DNA from: Deltaproteobacteria bacterium
Lineage (GTDB): Bacteria > Myxococcota_A > Polyangia > Polyangiales > Houyiibacteriaceae
Assembly: GCA_004283055.1 (NCBI GenBank)
Contig: SHLP01000006.1
Coordinates: forward strand, 5,131 to 69,130
Length of the DNA stretch: 64,000 bases
Reading direction: 5' to 3'
The position numbers were made by a program, and so were the translations under genes. Under the pieces are notes generated by a model that made no database searches, was not told where the DNA came from, and saw only the letters and a list, made by a program, of their open reading frames with translations. Below, piece after piece: positions 46,668 through 55,249 of the stretch (the stretch's first letter is position 1; the number at the start of each line of letters is the position of its first letter).

Positions 46668-47833
46668 CCCGGGCAGTGACTCGAGAGACGAGCGAGGATA
46701 GGGCCCCTTCTCTCCTTTTGAACGAAGAGCAGAAGATGCTCTCGAAGACGGCCCACGATTTCATTCGTTCCCGAGGCCCTGCTGCGCGGATTCGGAGCTT
46801 TCGAGACTCCGGCGATGAAGTCGGGTTCTCCCGCGAGCTCTGGGGTGAGATGGCGGAGCTCGGCTGGCTTGGTCTACAGATCCCCGAGCGATATCAGGGA
46901 ATGGGGCTTGGCTTTTTCGACCTGGCCGTCGTTCTCGAGGAAAGCGGGCGCGAGCTGATGCCCGAGCCCTTCGTATCGACTTTGTTGCTCGGCGCCCAGG
47001 CGCTTCTTCTTGGCGGCAGCGAGCAGCAGAAGAGGGCGCTGTTGCCTGGGGTTGCTGCCGGGGACACGCTCGTCAGCGTCGGATACGAGGAAGCTGGCCG
47101 CCAAGGAGGCGCGTCTCTCCCCGCGATGCTTGCGAACGAGTCCGGCGATGGCTTCGAGCTCAGCGGTGAGAAGCTGCATGTCCTAGATGGACACATGGCA
47201 GATCGAATCATCGTGTCGGCGGCAACTTCGAGCCATGGATGCACGCTATTTTTGATCGATCCGGCGCAGCCGTCCGTCACCGTCACTCGGCAGTCGCGAA
47301 TCGACGGGTTGAGCTCAGCCATCGTGCGACTTGAAGGTGTGCCGGTGAAGCGCGATGCGATGGTCGGTGAGCTGGATGCCGGCGCAGCTCTCTTGGAAGC
47401 GGTTTTCGATCGTGCGTCTGTGGGCCTTGCGGCGCAGATGCTTGGAGCTTCGGAGCAGGCGTTTGCTGACACCATCGACTACATCAAGGAACGCGAGCAG
47501 TTTGGCGTCCCCATTGGCTCATTTCAGGCGCTTCAGCATCGCGCAGTATCCGTCTATACCGATATCGCGCTGACGCGTTCGGTCGTCCTTGCCGCCGCAA
47601 GGGCGGTCGACGAGTCGCCCGTGGAAGTCCCGCGCCTGGCTTCTCTCGCGCAGGCGATGGCGTCGGACACCTTCATGCACGCGGCAAAAGAAGCGATTCA
47701 AATGCACGGTGGGATCGGAGTCACCGATGCACACGACATTGGTTTCTACATGAAGCGAGCACAAGCAAGCTACATGATGTTTGGAACGCCTGCTCAGCAC
47801 CGGAAGCGTTGGGCAGAGCTCCACGGTTACTAG
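46664..47833 (+). CDS. Acyl-CoA dehydrogenase family protein (partner subunit type)
   Basis: ATGA overlap with the preceding ACAD. C-terminal MHGGIGVTDAHDIGFYMKRA. Confidence 0.8.
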   Translation: MTRAVTRETSEDRAPSLLLNEEQKMLSKTAHDFIRSRGPAARIRSFRDSGDEVGFSRELWGEMAELGWLGLQIPERYQGMGLGFFDLAVVLEESGRELMPEPFVSTLLLGAQALLLGGSEQQKRALLPGVAAGDTLVSVGYEEAGRQGGASLPAMLANESGDGFELSGEKLHVLDGHMADRIIVSAATSSHGCTLFLIDPAQPSVTVTRQSRIDGLSSAIVRLEGVPVKRDAMVGELDAGAALLEAVFDRASVGLAAQMLGASEQAFADTIDYIKEREQFGVPIGSFQALQHRAVSVYTDIALTRSVVLAAARAVDESPVEVPRLASLAQAMASDTFMHAAKEAIQMHGGIGVTDAHDIGFYMKRAQASYMMFGTPAQHRKRWAELHGY

Positions 47834-47861
47834 CGATCAGCAAGAAAGAGCGAGACGTACG

Positions 47862-48614
47862 ATGAAAAGGTTTGAGGGAAAGAACGTGGTGATCACCGGC
47901 GCGGCGGCGGGCATCGGCCAGGCCACCGCTCAGCGCATCGCCGAGGAGGGTGGCAACGTCGCTCTCATCGACATCAATGCGGAGGGGATGTCAGCCACGA
48001 AGCAGCTCGCGGAAGCGCAGGGAGTCAAAGCCTGGGTCTACGAGTGCAACGTCACGGACGGCGCTCGCGTCAGAGAGGTCATCGACCAAGCTTCGCTCGA
48101 CATGGGCGGCTTCGACACTCTGTGTCACTGCGCGGGCATACTTCGCACCTATCATACGCACGAGATGACGTTTGATCAGTGGCATGAAATCATCGATATC
48201 AACCTCAACGGCACGTTCTACGTGAACCACGCCGCGCTTCCACATCTTCTGAAGAATCGATTCAGCGCGATTGTGAACTGCTCATCGACGTCGGCGCTCG
48301 GCAGCCATCCTTGGATGAGCGCGTACGCAGCGTCGAAGGGCGGGATCCTCTCGATGACCCGAGCCCTGTACCAAGAGTACGTGAAGCAAGGCCTCCGAGC
48401 GAACTGCATCGTCCCTGGCGGCATCGCGACTTCCCTGCACGGCGATTTCAAAGCCCCCGACGGCGCCGACATGGAGCTACTCAAAGGCGCGATGCCCTTC
48501 GTAGGCTTTGCCAAACCCAAACATGCGGCATCGGTCATCGCATTCCTAGCGTCCGACGACGCCCGCTACATCAACGGCACCGAAATCCGAGCCGACGGCG
48601 GCGCCCTCTCCTAG
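47862..48614 (+). CDS. SDR family oxidoreductase
   Basis: The internal ATG at 47862 gives MKRFEGKNVVITGAAAGIGQA. YAASK motif. The TAG stop overlaps the first base of a REP unit. Confidence 0.8.
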   Translation: MKRFEGKNVVITGAAAGIGQATAQRIAEEGGNVALIDINAEGMSATKQLAEAQGVKAWVYECNVTDGARVREVIDQASLDMGGFDTLCHCAGILRTYHTHEMTFDQWHEIIDINLNGTFYVNHAALPHLLKNRFSAIVNCSSTSALGSHPWMSAYAASKGGILSMTRALYQEYVKQGLRANCIVPGGIATSLHGDFKAPDGADMELLKGAMPFVGFAKPKHAASVIAFLASDDARYINGTEIRADGGALS

Positions 48615-48677
48615 GGGACACGCTCCCCCTCCAAAACCCTCTTTATTACGGGTGCCTAGGTGGCACACCGCGAAAAC
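48614..48677 (+). repeat. REP unit (solo, left-end orientation): GGGGACACGCTCC...CTAGGTGGCACACCGCGAAAAC
   Basis: It aligns with the units at 16345, 16486 (reverse complement), 49342 and 50162 (reverse complement). Confidence 0.75.
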
Positions 48678-48708
48678 CGCAGGGCTTGTTGTGCGTGCGA
48701 CGACCGGG

Positions 48709-49341
48709 TCAGCTCTTGTCGCGGGCAAGCTCCTGCACGCGGAGAAGAACGCTCGCGTCAACCTTGTGCAGCGCACCGGCATCGTGCGGCGGTTGAGGGT
48801 CGTACTCGATCATTAGCTGCAAAGCTTGAGCGGTCGTTACATCCGTGAGCTGTTCGGCAAGATGCAATGCCATGTCGATCCCGCTTGAGACTCCGGCGGC
48901 TGTGATGATCTTGCCTTCCTGAACTATGCGCTCCTCGGTCGGAACAGCGCCGTACTTCAGCAACATGGGTCGCGCGGAGAAATGGGTCGTGGCCTTCTGT
49001 CCTTTGAGCAGACCGGCAGCAGCAAGGAGCAGGGACCCTGTGCACACAGAGGTCGTAAACCGACTCGTCTCATGGGCCCTTCGAATCCAATCGAGAATCA
49101 CACCATCGTGCACCAGCGCGCGAGTCCCAATCCCACCTGGAATCAAGACTATGTCGGGGGCGGTCACCTCACCGAAGGTGCAATCGACCATCAGGCCCAA
49201 GAATCCATTGTCGGTCCGAACTTCTCCCTTGCGATGCCCGACAAAACGAACTTGGGCCCCGGGAAGACGCTGCAAGACCTCATAGGGCCCAACTGCATCG
49301 AGCGCCGTCACCTGCTCAAATATCGCCACCGCAATTTCCAT
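48709..49341 (-). CDS. DJ-1/PfpI family protein (type 1 glutamine amidotransferase-like)
   Basis: 210 aa. MEIAVAIFEQVTALDAVGPYEVL and the nucleophile elbow SVCTGS. Its start codon abuts the REP unit at 49342. Confidence 0.8.
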   Translation of the reverse strand: MEIAVAIFEQVTALDAVGPYEVLQRLPGAQVRFVGHRKGEVRTDNGFLGLMVDCTFGEVTAPDIVLIPGGIGTRALVHDGVILDWIRRAHETSRFTTSVCTGSLLLAAAGLLKGQKATTHFSARPMLLKYGAVPTEERIVQEGKIITAAGVSSGIDMALHLAEQLTDVTTAQALQLMIEYDPQPPHDAGALHKVDASVLLRVQELARDKS

Positions 49342-50162
49342 GGGGACACGCTATACCCCGAAAAACGAAGAGATAACAAGCAGCTAGGTGGTGCACCGCG
49401 AAAACACAACTTTCGGCGGGCTTGGTCGACAACGATCCCATGCCCCGTCTGCCCCGAAATCTCGCGGTCGCTCCGCACCAGCCACATCATGTCATTTTGA
49501 GAGGCAACAATCGTCGGCGCCTTTTTTCCTACCCTCGCGAGAAGCACTTTTTTCTAAGTCGTCTAATGCAAGGCAGCCACAGACAGAAAGTCCCGGTGCA
49601 CGCCGTCACGTTGATGAGCAATCATGTACACCTCATCGCCACACCGTGTGACCATCTTCAGCTTTCGCGGTTCGTTCGTCACTTTGCTCAACGATACGCG
49701 CAGTTCCGAAACGCGAGTCGTGGAGCGACCGGGAAGCTATTTGAGCAACGGTACAAGTGCGTTCCGATCCTCACCGATGAGCAAATGGCGATTACCACGG
49801 CGTATGTTGAGCTCAATCCAGTACATGCAAGGATTTGCTCAGAGCCAGAAGCGTATCGTTGGTCGACGTATCCGCAGCACGCAGGGTACCGAGCGCACGA
49901 GCCGCTCATTTCACAGCTGTGGAGTCCAAGCGCTTGGTACCAATCCCTTGGGAGCGACCCGAACCAAAGAGCTGCCGCGTTTCGTGATTGGTTTGCCTAC
50001 TACCGTGCGCGCGACGATTGGGCTGAAGTCTATCCAGATCCAGCATCTCCCAGCGACCGCAAGCGGTTCGAACGTCCCGATCGGAGCGGCGCAACATGAG
50101 TTTTCGCGGTGTGCGACCTAAGTGTTGGGAATGAAAGTGGTTTTCGGGCAGGAGCGTGTCCC
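49342..50162 (+). mobile_element. RAYT gene flanked by inverted REP units (REPtron-like, 821 bp)
   Basis: The left unit (49342-49405) and the right unit (50100-50162, inverted) share the terminal GGGGACACGCT/AGCGTGTCCC and the subterminal GCACCGCGAAAAC/GTTTTCGCGGTGTGC. Confidence 0.75.
49440..50099 (+). CDS. REP-associated tyrosine transposase (RAYT; IS200-like Y1 HUH transposase)
   Basis: HUH motif SNHVHLIATP and catalytic Tyr motif TTAYVELNPV. ATG 49440 is preferred over TTG 49422. The stop codon abuts the right REP unit. Confidence 0.8.
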   Translation: MPRLPRNLAVAPHQPHHVILRGNNRRRLFSYPREKHFFLSRLMQGSHRQKVPVHAVTLMSNHVHLIATPCDHLQLSRFVRHFAQRYAQFRNASRGATGKLFEQRYKCVPILTDEQMAITTAYVELNPVHARICSEPEAYRWSTYPQHAGYRAHEPLISQLWSPSAWYQSLGSDPNQRAAAFRDWFAYYRARDDWAEVYPDPASPSDRKRFERPDRSGAT

Positions 50163-51895
50163 TAGGGCAGGTGGCCGCGGACGAAGGGTAGGTACGTTGG
50201 GTGCCAAAAGCGTTCTCGGACGAAGGACTCGATGTCTTCGGGGATATTCGCTCGGCGAGCGACGCCGTCGGCGATGGCTTGTTGGACTACGGCGGTCGCC
50301 ACGCGGACAGAGGTTTCTTGGAGGTCGTTGACCGGTGGGTAGATCAGACCCCCTTCGACGTATTTCTCGATGGTGTAGTCGGCGAGGGCTTGGGCCGCGC
50401 GCAACACCATGTCGTCCGTGATCGACTTGGCGTCGCTCAGGATCGCCCCGAAACCGAGCCCTGGAAAGATGAAGGCGTTGTTGCCCTGGCCGATTGGGTG
50501 AGTGACGCCGCCCATCATGACCGGATCGAAGGGGCTTCCGGTTGCGACGATCGCCTTGCCGTCCGTCCAGCGAAAAATATCGACGGGTTTGGCCTCGGCC
50601 GAGCTCGTGGGGTTGGAGAGCGGGAAGATGATCGGCCTCTTGTGATTTTCGGCCATTGCGCGGACGACTTCCTCATTGAAGGCGTCTGGTCGACCCGACA
50701 GGCCTAGAAGAACGGTCGCTCCAGCATTGCGAATAGTATCGACGAGGTCAGGCGTGTCGCCGTCGAACTTCCACTCTCGGGTGATTGTGCGGTCATGCGT
50801 GAAGTCGCGCTTGTATTCCTCCATGTCGCGGTCGCTCATCAGCAACCCACGGGAGTCGAGCACGAACACGCGTGCTTTCGCTTCCGCGCGGCTCAATCCT
50901 GCCTGAACCAAACCCTCGCGAATCGCCCAGGCGACGCCAACCCCGCCTGCGCCGGCGCCGTGAATGACGAAAATCTCGTCTTTGAGGCTCTCGCTGCGCA
51001 GGTGACAGGCTGCCAGGATGCCTGCGAGAGCCACTGCCCCGGTTCCCTGAATGTCGTCATTGAATGACGGGCCGCGCTCGCGATAGCGTTCGAGGACTGT
51101 GAAAGCCGCGGTCTTCGAAAGGTCCTCCCACTGAATGACAGCGTCGGGCCAACGGGCCCAAACCGCGTCGACGAATTGGTCGAGAAACTTGTAGTAATCG
51201 TCACCACGAAGCCGCTTCTGACGAACCCCCAAGTAGTTTGGGTCATTGATCAGATCCATCCGGTCGGTTCCCACATCGAGCGCCACTGGCATCGTGTGAA
51301 AGGGACTGACGCCGCCGCCAACGGTGTAGAGGGCCATCTTTCCTATCGGTATCGCCAGGCCACCGTAGCCTTGGTCGCCGATCCCGAGAATTGCCGAGGA
51401 GTCCGTCGCCACGATCATGCGGACGTCTTCCATGGGGTAGCATTCGAGCGTTTGATCGGCTCGATCGATGTTCAAGGGCGAATACGAAAGACCCCGGGGG
51501 TTCTGGTATAGCGCGCTGAACTGCTGCACCGCTGCGCCGACGGTCGGCGTGTAGACGATGGGCAGCATCTCGTCGAGGTGCTTTTCGAGTAGCGCGTAAA
51601 AGAGAATCTCTTGCCGCTCCTGGACGGCGCGAAGGTACTGGTACTTGTCGATGTCGGTCGGTGCCTGGACGAAGCCCTCGTAGACGCGTTCGATCTGCTG
51701 TTCGAGCGTGTTGTACTGAGGTGGAAGAAGGCCGCCAAGCCGAAGCGCGACGCGCTCTTCGTAGCTGAAAGCCGTTCCCTTGTTGCTCAGCACCAATCTC
51801 AGAAGCGCGATCCCATCGAGAAAGACCTCCATGTACTGGCGTCCGTGGTCGTCCTCTTTGATATCAAACAGGCGGCTAATGCGTTTACGGGGCAT
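50162..51895 (-). CDS. maeA: NAD-dependent malic enzyme
   Basis: 577 aa with the malic enzyme pattern (VYTPTVGAAV, VTDSSAILGIGDQG, FNDDIQGTGAV, HGAGAGGVG). Confidence 0.88.
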   Translation of the reverse strand: MPRKRISRLFDIKEDDHGRQYMEVFLDGIALLRLVLSNKGTAFSYEERVALRLGGLLPPQYNTLEQQIERVYEGFVQAPTDIDKYQYLRAVQERQEILFYALLEKHLDEMLPIVYTPTVGAAVQQFSALYQNPRGLSYSPLNIDRADQTLECYPMEDVRMIVATDSSAILGIGDQGYGGLAIPIGKMALYTVGGGVSPFHTMPVALDVGTDRMDLINDPNYLGVRQKRLRGDDYYKFLDQFVDAVWARWPDAVIQWEDLSKTAAFTVLERYRERGPSFNDDIQGTGAVALAGILAACHLRSESLKDEIFVIHGAGAGGVGVAWAIREGLVQAGLSRAEAKARVFVLDSRGLLMSDRDMEEYKRDFTHDRTITREWKFDGDTPDLVDTIRNAGATVLLGLSGRPDAFNEEVVRAMAENHKRPIIFPLSNPTSSAEAKPVDIFRWTDGKAIVATGSPFDPVMMGGVTHPIGQGNNAFIFPGLGFGAILSDAKSITDDMVLRAAQALADYTIEKYVEGGLIYPPVNDLQETSVRVATAVVQQAIADGVARRANIPEDIESFVRERFWHPTYLPFVRGHLP

Positions 51896-51908
51896 TTCGG
51901 TCCTTTCC

Positions 51909-52985
51909 TCAGGCTGCTTCGATGGCGGTCACCACGGCGCCCGCCATCTCCGTCGTCCCGAGTGAACGCTGTCCCCCGCTCAAATCGGCCGTCCTGAGGC
52001 CACTGTCGAGAACTTTTTGAACCGCGTTCTCAATCGTGTTGGCATCTTCATCGAGGTTGAGACTGTGCCGAAGCAGCATCGCCGCGCTCAAGATGGTGCC
52101 AAGTGGGTTCGCAATCCCCTTGCCGGCAATGTCCGGCGCCGAGCCGTGGATGGGCTCATAGACGCCCAGAGTGCCTTCGCCGAGCGATGCGCTTGGGAGA
52201 AGCCCGAGCGAGCCCGTCAAGACAGCGCCTTCATCGGACAGAATGTCACCGAACATGTTGCCGCTGACGATGACATCGAACGACGCAGGGTCGGTGACGA
52301 GACGCATGGCGGCAGAATCCACGAGCTGGTGGTCGAGACGAACGTCAGGGTTGGCCTTGCCGACCTCGGTCGCAATCTCCCGCCAGACCTGCATCGTCGC
52401 CAAGACGTTGGCCTTGTCGATCGAAGTGACATGTCCGCCGCGCTTTCTGGCGACCTGGAAGGCCAAGTCGACGATGCGACGAATCTCGTTCTCGTCGTAC
52501 ACCATCGTGTCGAAGCCCGTGCGTAGGCCGTTCCTCGTCTCCTTGCCCTTTGGCTGTCCGAAGTAGATTCCGCCCGTCAGCTCCCGGATGAAAACGATGT
52601 CCACGCCGCGGAGCCGCTCAGCCTTGAGAGGGGACGCGGAGTCTAGCCCTCGGAACAGCTTCACCGGGCGAACGTTGGCGAAGAGCTTCAGGGCTTTTCG
52701 CATCCCGAGCAGGCCTTGTTCCGGACGAACCTTCGCCTTCGGATCGTCCCATTTCGGCCCGCCCACCGCGCCGAGCAGCACCGCGTCCGCACTCCGGCAA
52801 TCAACGATGGTGTCGTCCGGCAGAGGAACGCCCGTTTCGTCGATGGCAATCCCGCCTATGAGCTGCGTCGAATAGCTAAACGTGTGTCCCGATTTGCTCG
52901 CGACGGCTTCCAGCACTTGGCGAGTCGCGTCTACGATTTCGGGTCCAATGCCATCGCCTGGAAGAAGTGTGATCTTGGCTTTCAT
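51909..52985 (-). CDS. leuB: 3-isopropylmalate dehydrogenase
   Basis: 358 aa. MKAKITLLPGDGIGPEI and NMFGDILSDE motifs. Confidence 0.9.
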   Translation of the reverse strand: MKAKITLLPGDGIGPEIVDATRQVLEAVASKSGHTFSYSTQLIGGIAIDETGVPLPDDTIVDCRSADAVLLGAVGGPKWDDPKAKVRPEQGLLGMRKALKLFANVRPVKLFRGLDSASPLKAERLRGVDIVFIRELTGGIYFGQPKGKETRNGLRTGFDTMVYDENEIRRIVDLAFQVARKRGGHVTSIDKANVLATMQVWREIATEVGKANPDVRLDHQLVDSAAMRLVTDPASFDVIVSGNMFGDILSDEGAVLTGSLGLLPSASLGEGTLGVYEPIHGSAPDIAGKGIANPLGTILSAAMLLRHSLNLDEDANTIENAVQKVLDSGLRTADLSGGQRSLGTTEMAGAVVTAIEAA

Positions 52986-53041
52986 GTCCTATTACCTATG
53001 CGGCCGGACATGATGCACGGCGCGCGTCTCGCGGGCAATGG

Positions 53042-54670
53042 CTAAGTCCGGGCCACAGGGGCTTCCGGCTGAGCTTTCTGCCTCGCGCGCTCTAGCGAGA
53101 GTCCATACTCGATGCTGTCGACCAGCGCTTGGAGTGAAGCTTCGATGATATTGCTCGATGCGCCCACCGTGCTCCAGCTGTCGTGAGACGATTGACTGTC
53201 GATGAGCACCCGCGTGGTCGCGCCGGTTCCGCTCCGCCCGTCGAGAATGCGCACCTTATAGTCCGTGAGATGCATGTCGGCGACCTCGGGGAAGAACGGT
53301 CGCAGAGCCTTGCGAATCGCCGAGTCCAGGGCGCTCACCGGGCCGTTGCCTTCACCTGCGGTGTGCACGACTTCATCGCCAATCCGCACCTTTACCGTGG
53401 CCTCGGCGAACATGCCGCCACCGCGACGCCGACCGACGCCGGCCTGAAAGTCCAGCACTTCGAAAGGAGCTTCATAGTCGGCCTGGTGCCGAGCCATCAG
53501 AACCGCAACGGAAGCCTCGGCTGCCTCGTACGCGAAGCCCTTGGCTTCGAGCTCCTTGATCTTCTCTAGAACCAGTCCCCCGCTCGCAGAGCTCACTTCG
53601 AGCCCCAGCTCTTCGGCCTTGCTCCGCAAGTTGCTTCGCCCCGACAGCTCGCTCACGACTACGCGCGACTCGTTGCCAACGAGCGTGGGGTCGACGTGTT
53701 CGTAAGACTCAGGATGACGCCGGATGGCCGAAACGTGGATGCCGCCCTTATGTGCGAATGCACTTCGCCCAACGTAGGCTGCATGCTCGTTGGGGCTCAG
53801 GTTCGCGATCTCTGCGACGAAGTGGCTGAGGTCGTGAAGCTGCTCGAGGCCGCCTTTCGGAAGACATTGAAGCCCGAGCTTGAGCTCTAGATTGGGAATG
53901 ACGGAGCAGAGGTTCGCGTTGCCGCAGCGCTCACCGTAACCGTTGATCGTCCCTTGTACGTGGCGCGCGCCTGCGCGAACCGCAGCAATGGAATTGGCGA
54001 CGCCGCATTCTCCGTCGTTGTGGGCGTGGATGCCGAGGCGCGCGTCGGGAAGCGCAAGCTTGACGGTGTTGACCATCTCTTCGATCGCCCAGGGCATCGA
54101 GCCGCCGTTCGTATCGCAAAGAGTGAGGGTTTCCGCACCAGCGCGGTCAGCGGCCCGCAGAGTCTCGAGCGCATAGCTGGGGTCCGACTTGTAGCCGTCG
54201 AAGAAATGCTCAGCATCGTAGATCACGCGGCGCCCGCTTTGCCTCAGGAACGCGACGCTCTCTTCGATCATTCGCAGGTTTTCCTCGAGGCTGGTTCGCA
54301 GCACCTCAGTGACATGCATGTTCCAGGTCTTGCCGAAGATGGTGCAGACCGGCGTTTCGGCTGCGATCAGTGTTTGAAGCTGAGGGTCGTCCTCCGCGCG
54401 AAGCTCGGCCCGGCACGTCGACCCGAAGGCTGCGATTGTCACGTTTTCCCAGGCCATGTCCTTCGCACGCTCGAAGAACTCGACGTCCTTGGGGTTCGAG
54501 CCTGGCCAGCCGCCCTCGATGAACGTCGCGCCGATGGTATCGAGGTGTTCCGCGATACGAAGCTTGTCGTCACAGGACAGGCTCATCCCTTCCATCTGCG
54601 TGCCGTCGCGCAGGGTGGTGTCATAGACCTCCACGACGGGCCCAGAGACGCTATGGCCGTTGTTGCTCAT
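53042..54670 (-). CDS. cimA: Citramalate synthase (LeuA-family, CimA type)
   Basis: 542 aa. VEVYDTTLRDGTQMEGMSLSCDDKLRIAEHLD and GWPGSNPKD motifs, plus a C-terminal LeuA-dimer regulatory domain. It overlaps leuD by 20 nt. Confidence 0.75.
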   Translation of the reverse strand: MSNNGHSVSGPVVEVYDTTLRDGTQMEGMSLSCDDKLRIAEHLDTIGATFIEGGWPGSNPKDVEFFERAKDMAWENVTIAAFGSTCRAELRAEDDPQLQTLIAAETPVCTIFGKTWNMHVTEVLRTSLEENLRMIEESVAFLRQSGRRVIYDAEHFFDGYKSDPSYALETLRAADRAGAETLTLCDTNGGSMPWAIEEMVNTVKLALPDARLGIHAHNDGECGVANSIAAVRAGARHVQGTINGYGERCGNANLCSVIPNLELKLGLQCLPKGGLEQLHDLSHFVAEIANLSPNEHAAYVGRSAFAHKGGIHVSAIRRHPESYEHVDPTLVGNESRVVVSELSGRSNLRSKAEELGLEVSSASGGLVLEKIKELEAKGFAYEAAEASVAVLMARHQADYEAPFEVLDFQAGVGRRRGGGMFAEATVKVRIGDEVVHTAGEGNGPVSALDSAIRKALRPFFPEVADMHLTDYKVRILDGRSGTGATTRVLIDSQSSHDSWSTVGASSNIIEASLQALVDSIEYGLSLERARQKAQPEAPVART

Positions 54671-55238
54671 ATCTCGCGATCTGATCGTCGAACGAAAGCA
54701 GGTAGCCGAGCTGGTCGATGCCCTCGAGAAGGCAGTGCTTAGAGAACGAGTCGATGGGGAAGGTTGTTTCGAGACTGCCCAGGGCGGTGACGGACTGAGT
54801 CGGAAGATCGATGGTAATCTTGGTGGAACGATCGCCCTGAACGGCTTCCATCAGCGCCTTGTAGACCGGTTCGCTCACCTCGACCGGGAGCAGTCCATTT
54901 TTCAAGGAGTTGCTCTTGAAGATGTCGGCGAACCCAGTCGAAATCATCGCCCGAAAGCCCCAGCCGACCAAAGCCCAGGGCGCGTGCTCTCGCGACGAGC
55001 CGCTTCCGAAGTTGTTGCCTGCGAGAAGAATCTGCGCGCCCTGCGACGCGGGTTCGTTGAGCACGAAGTTGGGGTTGTCGGACCCGTCTTTGAGATAGCG
55101 CCAGTCGCAAAAAAGGCTGTCACCCAGCCCGTGCTTGTCCGTCACCTTGAGAAAGCGGGCAGGGATGATCTGGTCGGTGTCGACGTTCTCTTCGGGCAGA
55201 GGGACAGCGTGAGACGTCAGTGTAGTGAATTTCGCCAT
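54651..55238 (-). CDS. leuD: 3-isopropylmalate dehydratase small subunit
   Basis: 195 aa. DTDQIIPARFLK and GNNFGSGSSREHAPWAL motifs. Confidence 0.9.
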   Translation of the reverse strand: MAKFTTLTSHAVPLPEENVDTDQIIPARFLKVTDKHGLGDSLFCDWRYLKDGSDNPNFVLNEPASQGAQILLAGNNFGSGSSREHAPWALVGWGFRAMISTGFADIFKSNSLKNGLLPVEVSEPVYKALMEAVQGDRSTKITIDLPTQSVTALGSLETTFPIDSFSKHCLLEGIDQLGYLLSFDDQIARYEQQRP

Positions 55239-55249
55239 GACTCAGCCTT

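Noticed and set aside
49624-50121. A 165-aa ORF overlapping the RAYT gene in another frame, considered as a possible second transposon gene (TnpB-like).
   Set aside because: It is far too short for TnpB, has no motifs and is entirely contained within the RAYT coding region and the right REP unit.
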